Assembly: GCA_963742735.1 (NCBI GenBank)
Contig: CAVUMN010000001.1
Location: 1-64,000, forward strand
DNA: 64,000 nucleotides
Direction of reading: 5' to 3'
DNA from: an uncultured Actinomycetes bacterium
GTDB lineage: Bacteria; Actinomycetota; UBA4738; JBBDTT01
Part shown: positions 1 to 10,197 of the stretch, in pieces
Layout: every line of letters begins with the position of its first letter
Numbering within the stretch: position 1 is the first letter of the stretch
Notes under the pieces: model-generated
Told to the model about the DNA's origin: nothing
Database searches by the model: none
What the model saw: only the letters and a program-made list of their open reading frames with translations
Program-made: the position numbers and the translations under genes

Positions 1-900
1 CGCCAGGGAGACGCCGAAGCTGCCGTTCGGGTCGGCCTGGGTGGCCGCTCCCCAACCGTCCGGGCCACGGCGAGCGACCATCGTGGCGCCGCCGGTACCG
101 AAGGCCACCACGGGCCCGTCGGGCCCGATCGCGATATCCGTGCGCAGCGCGTCGCGGTCACCGGTCGCTCCGGTGAAGACCGGCTCCACCAACCCCCCGT
201 CGCCCTGCCGGGTGACCGCCATGACCCGGGTCCCGTCGTAGAACGCCACCCACGGCTGGCCGTCCTCGGTAGCGGCGATCGAGACGCCGAACACGTCGCC
301 CTCGAAGATCGTGACGAGCTCGTCCTCCTGCCCGTTGGCGAACCCGAGGCCCGCGTCGGTGGCGTACTGGACCGCGGCGTTCCCGTTGGTCCACACGACG
401 TGCCGGTCTCCCTCGCCGTCCACCGCAACATCGGTGTTGTCCGCCGCGGTCACATCGGCGAACTTCGGCGGGAGGGCGCCCTCGGGGAAGTCGGGGCGCT
501 CGGGCGGGTCGACGCCCGCGGCCTCGGCGACGGCGACGGCGGCCTCGTAGGCGCCGCGGGCCGACTCCTGGGCCACGATGTCCCGGACCCACAGGTCGTC
601 CTGGAGGCCGGCCAGCATCACCGCCGGAAGGGCCTTCGGGTCGGCGGGGATCGGGGCCGGCGGGATGCGTTCCAGCTCGTCGACCCGGAAGTACGAGATG
701 TTCGGGGACCCCTGGGCGTCCACGGCAAGCCCGAGTCCCACTCCCGCGTTCTCGCGGACGTCGACCGCCTGCGGAAGGAACCGCGGCCCCTCCGGGGCCG
801 TGTCCTGCGGCGCGAACTCCGCGATCGGCGGCGCGCAGGCGGCCGCCAGCACACTCAGGGCGACCGCGAGCAGGATCAGCTTCCTGGGCACGGCGGGCAT
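1..900 (-). CDS. Lipoprotein, partial (runs off window start), unknown function
   Basis: Manually translated open frame missing from the ORF track: [29 protein letters not shown]..., with lipobox LAAAC. Alternative leaderless GTG start at 891 lies 7 nt after TACAAT. Confidence 0.8.
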   Translation of the reverse strand, partial: MPAVPRKLILLAVALSVLAAACAPPIAEFAPQDTAPEGPRFLPQAVDVRENAGVGLGLAVDAQGSPNISYFRVDELERIPPAPIPADPKALPAVMLAGLQDDLWVRDIVAQESARGAYEAAVAVAEAAGVDPPERPDFPEGALPPKFADVTAADNTDVAVDGEGDRHVVWTNGNAAVQYATDAGLGFANGQEDELVTIFEGDVFGVSIAATEDGQPWVAFYDGTRVMAVTRQGDGGLVEPVFTGATGDRDALRTDIAIGPDGPVVAFGTGGATMVARRGPDGWGAATQADPNGSFGVSLA

Positions 901-926
901 TGTACCCACAGGGGAAGCGGTCGCCG

Positions 927-3803
927 TCAGCCGGCTGCGGGTCGGCGGGCGGCTCGCTTCGGTGTGCCGAGGACCTCCGAGAGGAACAGGCCGGTGTGCG
1001 AGCGGGGTTCGGCCACGATCGCCTCCGGCGGACCGGCCGCCACCAGCTCCCCGCCCTGATCCCCGCCCTCCGGGCCGAGGTCGATCGACCCAGTCCGCGG
1101 TCTTGATCACGTCGAGGTTGTGCTCGATGACGACGACGGTGTTGCCCGACGCGACCAGCCGCTGCAGCACCTAGAGCAGCTTGCGGACGTCGTCGAAGTG
1201 CAGGCCGGTGGTCGGCTCGTCCAGGATGTAGACGGTGTGGCCGGTCGCCCGCTTGGCGAGCTCGCTGGCGAGCTTGACCCGCTGGGCCTCGCCGCCCGAC
1301 AGCGTCGGCGCCGGCTGCCCCAGGCGGACGTAGCCGAGCCCCACGTCCGACAGGGTCTGCATGTGCCGGGCGATGGGCGGGATGTTCGGAAGAACTCCAG
1401 CGCCTCGTCGATGCTCATCGCCAGCACCTCGGCGATCGAGCGGCCCTTGTACTTCACCTCGAGGGTCTCCCGGTTGTAGCGCTTGCCCTTGCACACCTCG
1501 CACGTCACGTAGACGTCGGGCAGGAAGTGCATCTCGATCTTGATCTGGCCGTCGCCGGCGCAGTTCTCGCACCGGCCGCCTCGGACGTTGAACGAGAACC
1601 GGCCCGGCTTGTAGCCGCGAACCCGGGCCTCGGGGACCTGCGCGAACAGCTTGCGGATGTGGTCGAAGACGCCGGTGTAGGTCGCGGGGTTCGATCGCGG
1701 GGTCCGCCCGATCGGCGACTGGTCGATGTGGATGACCTTGTCGATCGTCTCCCAGCCGGCGAGCTTCCGGTGCTTGCCCGGCGGACCGCGCGCGAGCGGT
1801 ACACCTTCGCCTGCAGCGCCCGGTGCAGGATCTCCTCGACGAGCGTCGACTTCCCGGACCCGCTCACCCCCGTGACGCACACGAAGCACGCCAGCGGGAA
1901 CGTCACGTCGATCCCCTGCAGGTTGTGCTCCTCGGCGCCGTGAACCGTCGAGCCACCGCTCGGTGGGCTTGCGGCGAACCTCGGGCGTGGGGATCGTCGC
2001 GGCGCCCGGCGAGGTACATCCCGGTGAGCGACCCGGGGCGGGCGAGCACGCCCTCGAGTCACCCGCGACGATGATCTCGCCGCCGTGCTCGCCCGCGCCC
2101 GGCCCGATGTCCACGACGTGGTCGGCGGCCCGAATCGTGGCCTCGTCGTGCTCGACGACGATCAGCGTGTTGCCCAGGTCGCGCAGGCGGATCAGCGTGT
2201 CGAGCAGCCGCTGGTTGTCGCGCTGGTGCAGCCCGATCGACGGCTCGTCCAGGATGTAGAGCACCCCGACGAGGCCCGACCCGATCTGCGTGGCCAGCCG
2301 GATGCGCTGGGCCTCGCCGCCGGCGAGCGTGGCGCTCGGCCGCTCGATCGTCAGGTAGTCGAGGCCGACGTCGACCAGGAAGCCGAGGCGCGAGCGGATC
2401 TCCTTGAGGACCCGCTCGGCGATCGCATCTCGCGGTCGTCGAGCTCGATCGACTCCAGGAACGCGAGCGACTCGCTTCACCGACTGCCGGGTCAGCTCCC
2501 AGATGTTCAACCCGCCGACCGTCACCGCCAGCGACTCGGGCTTCAGTCGCGCGCCCTCGCACGCGCGGCACGGGACCTCGCGCATGAACTGCTCGATCCG
2601 GCTCCCGCGCGTGGTCCGAGTCGGTCTCGGTGTAGCGGCGCTCGAGGACGGGATCACGCCCTCGTAGGTGGTGTGGTACTGACCGCTGCCGCCCGTAGCG
2701 GTTCCGGTACTTGACGAAGACCTCCTCGTCGCCGGCGCCGTACAGGACGATGTCCCGGCCGCTTGGAGAGCTTCCGCCACGGCGTGGCAACGTCGAACCC
2801 GAACGTGCTCGCCGACCGCTTCGAGCATCCGGTGCCAGTACTGGACGCGGTTGAGCCCCCCACGGCGCGATCGCGCCCTCCTCGATCGAAAGGTCCGGGT
2901 CGGGGACGATCAGGTCCGCGTCGACCTCGAGGCGGGTGCCCAGCCCGTCGCAGGTCGTGCAGGCGCCGTACGGCGAGTTGAACGAGAAGTTCCGCGGGCG
3001 CGGGCTCCTCGAAGGACGAGCCCGTCGTAGACGCAGGCGAACTGCTGCGAGAACTGGAGGATCTCCTCGGCCCCGTCGTGCCGTCTCGACGGCGATCGAC
3101 GACGATCCCGCCCTCGGAGAGCCCCAGCGCGGTCTCGATCGAGTCGGCCACGCGACGGCGGATGTCGGGCTTCGCGACCAGGCGGTCGACGACGACCTCG
3201 ATGTCGTGCTTGTAGTACCGGGCCAGCTGGATCTTCTCGGCAGCTCGCGGACCTGGCCGTCGACTCGAGCCCGGGCGAAGCCCTGGCGGGCCAGGTCCTG
3301 CAGCAGCGTTCGTACTCGCCCTTGCGGCCGCGGATGATCGGCGCCAGGACCTGGAACCGGGTCCCCTCCGGCAGCTGCAGGATCTGGTCCACGATCTGGT
3401 CGGCGGTCTGCCGCTCGATCGGCCGGCCGCACTTGGGGCAGTGCGGCTTGCCGATCCGCGCGTACAGCAGGCGGAGGTAGTCGTAGATCTCGGTGATCGT
3501 CCCGACGGTCGAGCGCGGGTTCTGCGACGTCGACTTCTGGTCGATCGAGATCGCCGGCGACAGGCCCTCGATGAAGTCGACGTCGGGCTTCTCCATCTGC
3601 CCGAGGAACTGGCGCGCGTACGACGACAACGACTCGACGTAGCGGCGTTGTCCCTCCGCGTAGATCGTGTCGAACGCGAGCGAGGACTTCCCCGACCCGG
3701 ATAGCCCCGTGAACACGATGAGTCGGTCCCGGGGAAGTTCGAGATGGACGTTCTTCAGGTTGTGCTCACGGGCCCCGCGGATGACGATCGATCCACCGGC
3801 CAC
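927..3803 (-). CDS. uvrA: Excinuclease ABC subunit A, interrupted by multiple frameshifts and an in-frame TAG (1171-1173); probably sequencing errors
   Basis: Fragments across several frames: [85 protein letters not shown]-terminus ...[11 protein letters not shown]...* ends at 927. Confidence 0.95.
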
Positions 3804-3816
3804 GGACCCATTCTAG

Positions 3817-4260
3817 TTACACGCGAGGAATTCGCCCCCGCCGCCATCTGAGGACTCCGACGAGCCCCGCCGCGGCTCCGGCGAGCCCGATCGACAGCGG
3901 GATCCGGAGCCAGCCCCAGGACGGGGGCAGCGGCGGGTCGGCCCGGACCGAGATCCACAGGGCCAGCTTGGCCGCGGCCACGTACCCGAGCGTGAGCGCC
4001 GCCGCCACGGCGCCGGCGGTCCCCGCGGGACGGCCGGCGTGGAGCCTCCGGACGAGCCAGATGGTGACGGCGATCAACGCCAGACCGCCGAGGAGGCCGC
4101 CGGCGGCCGCGGCCGGCTCGACCCAGGGGTCCCCGAACGCCCCGAACCGCGGGCGGTCCGGGCCCGCCGCCGGAGTCAGCGCGTACCCCGCTCCGGCCAC
4201 GATCGAGGCCGCGCCCATGGTCAGCCCCCCGAGCTCGATCAACCGCCCTCCGCGCCGCAT
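3817..4260 (-). CDS. Hypothetical membrane protein (about 4 TM segments)
   Basis: 147-aa ORF with four hydrophobic stretches that fills the gap between uvrA and the aminotransferase. Confidence 0.6.
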   Translation of the reverse strand: MRRGGRLIELGGLTMGAASIVAGAGYALTPAAGPDRPRFGAFGDPWVEPAAAAGGLLGGLALIAVTIWLVRRLHAGRPAGTAGAVAAALTLGYVAAAKLALWISVRADPPLPPSWGWLRIPLSIGLAGAAAGLVGVLRWRRGRIPRV

Positions 4261-4293
4261 CCACGCAGGCTACGGCGTGCGAGGATGCCGGGG

Positions 4294-5433
4294 ATGGACC
4301 TCTCCGCGTACCGCGAGGAGTTCCCCGTCCTCGAGCGCAAGGCGTACCTGATCAGCGCGTCCCTGGGGCCGGTCTCCCGTCGCTCGCGGGCGCTGCTGGA
4401 GGAGTACGTCGCGGCCTGGGCCGAGATGGGTTCCCCGGAGCCGGTGTGGTTCGAGCGGATCTTCCCGATGCTCCGGCGCGTCAAGGAGTCCTTCGCCGGG
4501 CTGATCGCGGCCGATACCGACGAGCTGGCGATCACCACGAACGTGTCCCACGCGCTGTCCTCGATCGCGTCGTGCGTGGACTTCTCGGGCGAGCGCAACC
4601 GGGTCGTCCTCTCCGAGCTGGACTTCCCGACCGAGGCTCACGTCTGGCGGGCGCAGGAGCGCCGGGGAGCCGAGGTCGTGGTCCTTCCGAGCCCGGACGG
4701 GCTGACGATCCCGCTCGAGTCCTACGCCGCGGCCATCGACGAGCGGACCGCGCTCGTCTGTGTGAACCGCGTCCTGTACCGGTCGAGCGCCCTGCTGGAC
4801 GCGGGGGCGATCTGCGAGCTGGCCCGGGCGGCGGGGGCGCTCTCGGTCGTGGACGACTTCCACGGCGCGGGGATCGTCCCCGTCGACGTCCACGCCCTGG
4901 GGTGCGACCTCTACACCACCGGGGTCCTGAAGTGGCTGTGCGGCGGCCCGGGCCTGGCGATCCTGTACGCGCGCCGCGAGCTGATCCCCCGGCTGGAGCC
5001 GACCGTCACCGGCTGGTGGGGACAGAAGGAGCCGTTCGCGTTCGACCTCCAGGTCGACTACCACCCCACCGCTCGCCGCCTCGAGACCGGCACCCACCCG
5101 GCGCCGGTCGCGTTCATCGCCCAGGGCGGGCTCGAGATCATCCTGGAGGCCGGCCCGGACCGGATCCGGCGGCGCCAGCGAGAGCTCACCGAGTACGTGA
5201 TCGGCCGGGCGGACGCGGTCGGGCTCCCGGTGCGCACCCCGCGCGACCCGGCCGCGCGCGGCGGAGTCGTGAACCTCGGGACCGGGCCCGAGGCCGGCAA
5301 GCTCGCCGAGGCCCTCTACGAGCGGGACGTGTGCGTCGACAGCCGCGGCGACGGCATCCGCGTCGCCCCCCATCTCTTCAACACCGAGGACGACGTCGAC
5401 CGCCTGTTCGCGGGGCTGGCCGACCTGCGGTAG
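4294..5433 (+). CDS. PLP-dependent class V aminotransferase (kynureninase/cysteine desulfurase-like)
   Basis: REEFPVL, ELDFPT, VDDFHGAG, GVLKWLCGGPG (PLP Lys), RRLETGT. Confidence 0.85.
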   Translation: MDLSAYREEFPVLERKAYLISASLGPVSRRSRALLEEYVAAWAEMGSPEPVWFERIFPMLRRVKESFAGLIAADTDELAITTNVSHALSSIASCVDFSGERNRVVLSELDFPTEAHVWRAQERRGAEVVVLPSPDGLTIPLESYAAAIDERTALVCVNRVLYRSSALLDAGAICELARAAGALSVVDDFHGAGIVPVDVHALGCDLYTTGVLKWLCGGPGLAILYARRELIPRLEPTVTGWWGQKEPFAFDLQVDYHPTARRLETGTHPAPVAFIAQGGLEIILEAGPDRIRRRQRELTEYVIGRADAVGLPVRTPRDPAARGGVVNLGTGPEAGKLAEALYERDVCVDSRGDGIRVAPHLFNTEDDVDRLFAGLADLR

Positions 5434-5436
5434 GAG

Positions 5437-6468
5437 TCAGGGGTCGGCGCGGGCCACGTGGCCGCCGCGCATGACGAACCGAACCCGCCCCAGGGCCTCG
5501 AGGTCCTCGCGGGGATCGTCGGCCAGGCCGATCAGGTCGGCCGGGGAACCCGGGGCCAGGGCGTGCGCGGTGAGCGATCGAAGGACCTCGTCCGGCGACA
5601 GGCCGGCGGCGAGCAGGTGTTGCGCCTCCCGCACGTGCAGGCCCGGGGGAATGGGTCCGTTGCCCAGGTCCGTGCCGTAGGCGACCTCTCCCCCGGCGGC
5701 GGCGAACCGGCGCAGGTTGTCGATCGCGGCGCGGTACTGGGGCGTGTCCTGCCCGTACGAGTGGATGTCCAGGGTCGAGACGATGCGCACCCCCCGAGCG
5801 AGCGCGTCGATCGTGGCATCGGAGAGCGGCTCCCACGGGCAGTGGGCCAGCTCGTCGATGCCGGCGCCCATCGCCCGCTCGGTCTGCCCGCGTCCCTGCA
5901 CGTGGGCGGTGACGGGGAGGCCACGGCCTCGCGCGGCGTCGCAGATCGCCAGCAGGACTGCGTCGGAGGGCGTGGGACCGGCGTCCGCGTTGATCGAGAC
6001 CTTGATCGCGGCCGCGCCTCTCGACGCGAGGTTCTCCACGGCGTGACGCGCCCGATCCGGGTCCGACACCTCGAGGGCCGTGCCCTCGGGCGCCCACCGG
6101 GCCTTCGAGGGATACCCGCCGGGGGCGGTGAGCATGGGTCCGGTGGCGACGATGCGCGGCCCATTGAACGCCGGCCCTTCGCTCGCGTCGGCCAGCGAGA
6201 AGATGTCGTCCGCGGGCCATCCCAGGTCGCGGACCGCGGTGACCCCGCCGGCCAGGATCGCGCCGGGGTCCGAGAGGGCCACGTGCACGTGGCGGTCGGC
6301 GCCGCCGGGCATCAGGAACCAGGGGCCGGCGAGCTGCTCGGTCGCCTCGATGGTCTCGGACGAGGGCCCGACGTGGGCGATCCGGTCCCCCTCGACCACC
6401 ACGAGCGCGTCCTGGATCGTCGGGCCCGTCCGGGTCCAGGCGACCGGAACGCGGATCAGCAGGCTCAC
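5437..6468 (-). CDS. Metal-dependent amidohydrolase family protein
   Basis: PGGADRHVH, GVTAVRDLG, AH...AH, YGTDLG motifs. Confidence 0.85.
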   Translation of the reverse strand: MSLLIRVPVAWTRTGPTIQDALVVVEGDRIAHVGPSSETIEATEQLAGPWFLMPGGADRHVHVALSDPGAILAGGVTAVRDLGWPADDIFSLADASEGPAFNGPRIVATGPMLTAPGGYPSKARWAPEGTALEVSDPDRARHAVENLASRGAAAIKVSINADAGPTPSDAVLLAICDAARGRGLPVTAHVQGRGQTERAMGAGIDELAHCPWEPLSDATIDALARGVRIVSTLDIHSYGQDTPQYRAAIDNLRRFAAAGGEVAYGTDLGNGPIPPGLHVREAQHLLAAGLSPDEVLRSLTAHALAPGSPADLIGLADDPREDLEALGRVRFVMRGGHVARADP

Positions 6469-6488
6469 GTCCGCGAACGATAAGGTGA

Positions 6489-7562
6489 ATGGGTGTTCCG
6501 GGGAGACCGCCGCCCATGAACCGGGACGAAGCGCTCGCCGTCCTCGGGATGGCGGAGTTCGCCTCCCAGGCTCTGGACCGCGCCGACGCCGAGCCGTGGC
6601 TCGAGCGGCTGGCCGTCGAGGAAGACCGCCTGCATGAGGGCCTCCGCTTCTTCATCGCCGCCGACGAGGGGGTCATGGCTCTCCGCCTGGCCGTCGCCCT
6701 GTTCCCGTACTGGCGCGACCGCGGGCTGACGGGTGACGGCCGGAACTGGCTGGCCGAGGCCCTCGAGGTCCCCGGGGCCGAGGTCGCGTGCGAGGTCCGG
6801 GCGAAGGCCCTCGCCGCCTCGGCGGTTCTCGCCTTTCGCCAGGGGCACGACGACCGGGCGCAGTCGCTGAACGAGGAGGCGCTGGAGGTCGCCCGCGACT
6901 GCCACGACCGGCCCGCCGAGGCCAACGCGCTCCTCGGCCTGGCGCGCGTCGCGTTCCGCGCCGGCGACCACACGGCGGTGCGCACCCACTGCGAGGCCAG
7001 TCTGCGGATCGCGGAGGAGGTCGGGGACCTCGAGTCCCAGGCCTATCCCCTCCACCTGCTGGCGGAGTCCTGGCGCCTCCAGGGCGACCTCGGGAGGGCC
7101 CGCGATCTGTACGGGGCGAGCCTCGACGTGGCCCGCGCCATCGGGGACGACCGGATGATCAGCCTGGAGCTCCACAACCTGGCGTACGTGGAGCTGCACG
7201 ACGGCGCCGTCGACGTGGCGGCGCAGGGGTTCCGCGACAGCCTGGTGATCGCCCGCCGGCGGGGCGACGTGAGCCACGTCGCCTACTGCGTGCTCGGCCT
7301 GGGGGTGGTGGTCGCGGAGCTCGGTGGATGGGACCGGGCGGCCGAGCTCCTCGGCAAGGCCGACAGCCTGCTGGAGCGGGTCGGCGAGACGCTCGACCCC
7401 GCGGAGGCCGCCGAGCGGGAGCGGGTGGTGGCGAAGGCGTGCGAGATGCTCGGACAGGCGGAGTTCGATGCGGCGCGTGAGCGGGGGGCCGGCCTCACCC
7501 TGGCCGACGCCCTGGGCCGGTCGTTCCGCGACATGGCCCTGATCCCGGCACCCGAGGACTAG
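6489..7562 (+). CDS. Tetratricopeptide-repeat protein (resembles the C-terminal sensor part of ATP-binding regulators)
   Basis: Repeated helical units such as ANALLGLARVA, LHLLAESWRLQGD, LHNLAYVEL. Start may be 6516. Confidence 0.75.
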   Translation: MGVPGRPPPMNRDEALAVLGMAEFASQALDRADAEPWLERLAVEEDRLHEGLRFFIAADEGVMALRLAVALFPYWRDRGLTGDGRNWLAEALEVPGAEVACEVRAKALAASAVLAFRQGHDDRAQSLNEEALEVARDCHDRPAEANALLGLARVAFRAGDHTAVRTHCEASLRIAEEVGDLESQAYPLHLLAESWRLQGDLGRARDLYGASLDVARAIGDDRMISLELHNLAYVELHDGAVDVAAQGFRDSLVIARRRGDVSHVAYCVLGLGVVVAELGGWDRAAELLGKADSLLERVGETLDPAEAAERERVVAKACEMLGQAEFDAARERGAGLTLADALGRSFRDMALIPAPED

Positions 7563-7593
7563 CTCCCGAAACCCGGCCCGCTCTACACTGCGG

Positions 7594-7683
7594 CGATCCG
7601 GTGGGCTGGAGATGCCCGGATACGTTCGTACTGCTTTCTCTCTGTCCGAACGAGCCGGGCTCCTCGAGCCCATCGGCGGATCG
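7594..7683 (+). other. Long imperfect hairpin in the 5' leader of the Tat lipoprotein gene (candidate cis-regulatory RNA)
   Basis: Nested pairings CGATCCG/CGGATCG, GTGGGCT/AGCCCAT, GCCCGG/CCGGGC, CGTTCG/CGAACG. A TACACT -10-like hexamer sits at 7584-7589. Confidence 0.5.
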
Positions 7684-7703
7684 ACGGCGGAGGGAGTGCG
7701 CGG

Positions 7704-8111
7704 ATGGACAGGATGTCCCGGCGCCGGTTCCTGGCCCTCGGCGGCGCATCGGTCGCGGCCCTGCTCGCCGCCTGCAAGGGCAAGTCGCTGAACCAGGTGC
7801 TCATCACGCCTCGCCCGTCGCCCGCGACCGGGCAGGCGTATCGGCTGGACCCGAACTACGGCTCGGACCCTACGGCCTGTCCCGCCGGAGGCTGCGTGGG
7901 GTGCGCGGCGTGCCGGTCCCACGCGGCGAACCGGATCCTCCCCTCCGCCCAGGCCGGCCGGGCCCACCCCGGCTGCAAGTGCCTTGCGCTCCCGGACCCC
8001 TCGATCGACGCGGCGACCTACGCGGCCCTGTTCACCCCCAGCGTCAACAACCCGACCGGCGGCGCCGTCGATCGCCGGTGGGGGTGGGTGACCGCGGTGC
8101 TTGCCGGGTAG
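7704..8111 (+). CDS. Small Tat-exported Cys/His-rich lipoprotein
   Basis: SRRRFL twin-arginine motif, lipobox LLAAC, C-x4-C-x2-C-x2-C-x2-H and HPGCKC. GGAGGGAG RBS upstream. Confidence 0.8.
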   Translation: MDRMSRRRFLALGGASVAALLAACKGKSLNQVLITPRPSPATGQAYRLDPNYGSDPTACPAGGCVGCAACRSHAANRILPSAQAGRAHPGCKCLALPDPSIDAATYAALFTPSVNNPTGGAVDRRWGWVTAVLAG

Positions 8112-8132
8112 AAGCACCCCGCAGGCCGCTCG

Positions 8133-10160
8133 TCAGCGAAGCCCGACCCGCTCCATCGCCTCGAGCTCGCGGCGGAGGTCCTTGACCTCGTCGCGCAGGC
8201 GGGCGGCGTACTCGAACCGGAGGTCCCGCGCCGCGTCGTGCATCTCGTCCTCGAGCGCCTTCACCAGCCGCTCCATGTCCTCGCGGCCCATGACCGAGTG
8301 GTCGGTCCGCTCGCGCCGCGCCCGCCGGCGTTCGGGCCGGGCCGAGCCGCTGGACAGCCGGTCGCTCTCCATCGACAGCAGGATGTCGGAGACCTTCTTG
8401 CGGATGGTCGTCGGGTCGATCCCGTGCTCCTGGTTGTGGGCGAGCTGGATCTGGCGGCGGCGCTGGGTCTCGGAGATGGCCCGTTTCATCGAGTCGGTGA
8501 CCTCGTCCGCGTACATGATCACGGTGCCGTCGACGTTGCGGGCCGCCCGTCCGATCGTCTGGATCAGCGACGTGTCGCTACGCAGGAACCCCTCCTTGTC
8601 GGCGTCGAGGATCGCCACGAGCGAGACCTCGGGGAGGTCGAGGCCCTCCCGAAGGAGGTTGATCCCGACCAGCACGTCGAACTCCCCAAGCCGCAGGTCG
8701 CGAAGGATCTCGATGCGCTGGACCAGGTCGACCTCGGAGTGCAGGTACCGGACACGCAGGCCCATCTCGAGCAGGTAGTCGGTGAGGTCCTCGGCCATCT
8801 TCTTGGTGAGGGTCGTGACCAGGATCCGCTGGTCGGCCTCGGCCCGTTTGCGGATCTCCTCGATCAGGTCGTCGACCTGCCCCTTCGTGGGGCGGACCTG
8901 GACCTCGGGATCGACCAGGCCCGTCGGCCGGACGACCTGTTCGACGATGTGGTCGCTCACCCGAAGCTCGTACGGGCCGGGGGTGGCCGACATGAACACC
9001 ACCTGCCTCACGCGCTCCTCGAACTCCGAGAACTGCAGCGGCCGGTTGTCCATGGCGCTGGGCAGGCGGAACCCGAACTCCACCAGCGTGCGCTTGCGGC
9101 TCATGTCGCCCTCGTACATGCCGTGGAGCTGGGGGACGGTGACGTGGCTCTCGTCGATGACGCACAGCCAGTCATCCGGGAAGTAGTCGAGCAGGGTGAA
9201 GGGCGGGGTCCCCGCGTCGCGGCCGTCGAGGTGCCGCGAGTAGTTCTCGATGCCGGAGCAGAACCCGACCTCGCGCATCATCTCCAGGTCGTAGTTCGTG
9301 CGCATGCGAAGGCGCTGAGCCTCCAGGAGCTTGTTGCCCGACTCGAGCTTGCCCAGCTGGACGCCGAGCTCCGCCTCGATGCTGTTGACGGCGAGCTTCA
9401 TGCGGTCTTCGCTCGTCACGTAGTGCGTGGCGGGATGGACGACGATCTCGTCCATGTCGCTCAGGACCTCGCCGGTGACGGTGTCCATCCGCAGGATGCG
9501 TTCGACCTTGTCCCCCCACAGCTCGATGCGGATCGCCGTCTCGTCGTAGGCCGGGAAGACCTCCAGCGTGTCGCCGCGAACCCGGAACCGGCCGCGGGTG
9601 AAGCTGGCCTCGTTGCGCTGGTACTGGATCGACACCAGCCGCTCGATCGCGAAGTCCATGTCCAGCGGCACGTCCTTGTGTACCCGCAGGATCGTGCCCG
9701 CGTACTCCTCGGGCGAGCCCAGGCCGTAGATGCACGAGACGCTGGCCACGATGATCACGTCCTTGCGGGTCAGCAGCCGCGCCGTTGCCGAGTGCCGGAG
9801 CCGCTCGATCTCGTCGTTGATCGAGCTGTCCTTCTCGATGTAGGTGTCGGTCTGCGGGACGTACGCCTCGGGCTGGTAGTAGTCGTAGTAGGAGACGAAA
9901 TACTCCACCGCGTTCTGCGGGAAGAACTCGCGGAACTCGTTGGCGAGCTGGGCGCCGAGCGACTTGTTGGGCGCGATCACCAGCGTCGGCTTCTGGACTT
10001 TCTCGATCATCCACGCGATCGTCGCGGTCTTGCCCGTGCCGGTGGCGCCCAGCAGGGTCGTGTACCGGTTGCCGTCCTGGACGCTCTTGGCGATGCCCTC
10101 GATCGCCTCGGGCTGATGGCCCGCGGGCTTGTACTCGTTGAGGACCCGGAACGGCGGCAT
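8133..10160 (-). CDS. uvrB: Excinuclease ABC subunit B
   Basis: [54 protein letters not shown]-terminal UVR domain ([10 protein letters not shown]). Confidence 0.98.
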   Translation of the reverse strand: MPPFRVLNEYKPAGHQPEAIEGIAKSVQDGNRYTTLLGATGTGKTATIAWMIEKVQKPTLVIAPNKSLGAQLANEFREFFPQNAVEYFVSYYDYYQPEAYVPQTDTYIEKDSSINDEIERLRHSATARLLTRKDVIIVASVSCIYGLGSPEEYAGTILRVHKDVPLDMDFAIERLVSIQYQRNEASFTRGRFRVRGDTLEVFPAYDETAIRIELWGDKVERILRMDTVTGEVLSDMDEIVVHPATHYVTSEDRMKLAVNSIEAELGVQLGKLESGNKLLEAQRLRMRTNYDLEMMREVGFCSGIENYSRHLDGRDAGTPPFTLLDYFPDDWLCVIDESHVTVPQLHGMYEGDMSRKRTLVEFGFRLPSAMDNRPLQFSEFEERVRQVVFMSATPGPYELRVSDHIVEQVVRPTGLVDPEVQVRPTKGQVDDLIEEIRKRAEADQRILVTTLTKKMAEDLTDYLLEMGLRVRYLHSEVDLVQRIEILRDLRLGEFDVLVGINLLREGLDLPEVSLVAILDADKEGFLRSDTSLIQTIGRAARNVDGTVIMYADEVTDSMKRAISETQRRRQIQLAHNQEHGIDPTTIRKKVSDILLSMESDRLSSGSARPERRRARRERTDHSVMGREDMERLVKALEDEMHDAARDLRFEYAARLRDEVKDLRRELEAMERVGLR

Positions 10161-10170
10161 GACTTACACG

Positions 10171-10192
10171 ATTGTAGTGCGCGCCCCGGACA
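10171..10192 (-). promoter_or_regulatory. Putative PafBC/RecA-NDp-type DNA-damage promoter of uvrB
   Basis: Minus strand reads TGTCCG-N10-TACAAT, 10 nt before the uvrB ATG. One mismatch to the mycobacterial TGTCGG-N10-TANNNT consensus. Confidence 0.55.
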
Positions 10193-10197
10193 CGGCT

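Noticed and set aside
4294-5433. Kynurenine pathway (kynureninase-like gene plus cyclase at 58076-59002)
   Set aside because: The genes are more than 50 kb apart, both families are broad, and no tryptophan dioxygenase was seen.
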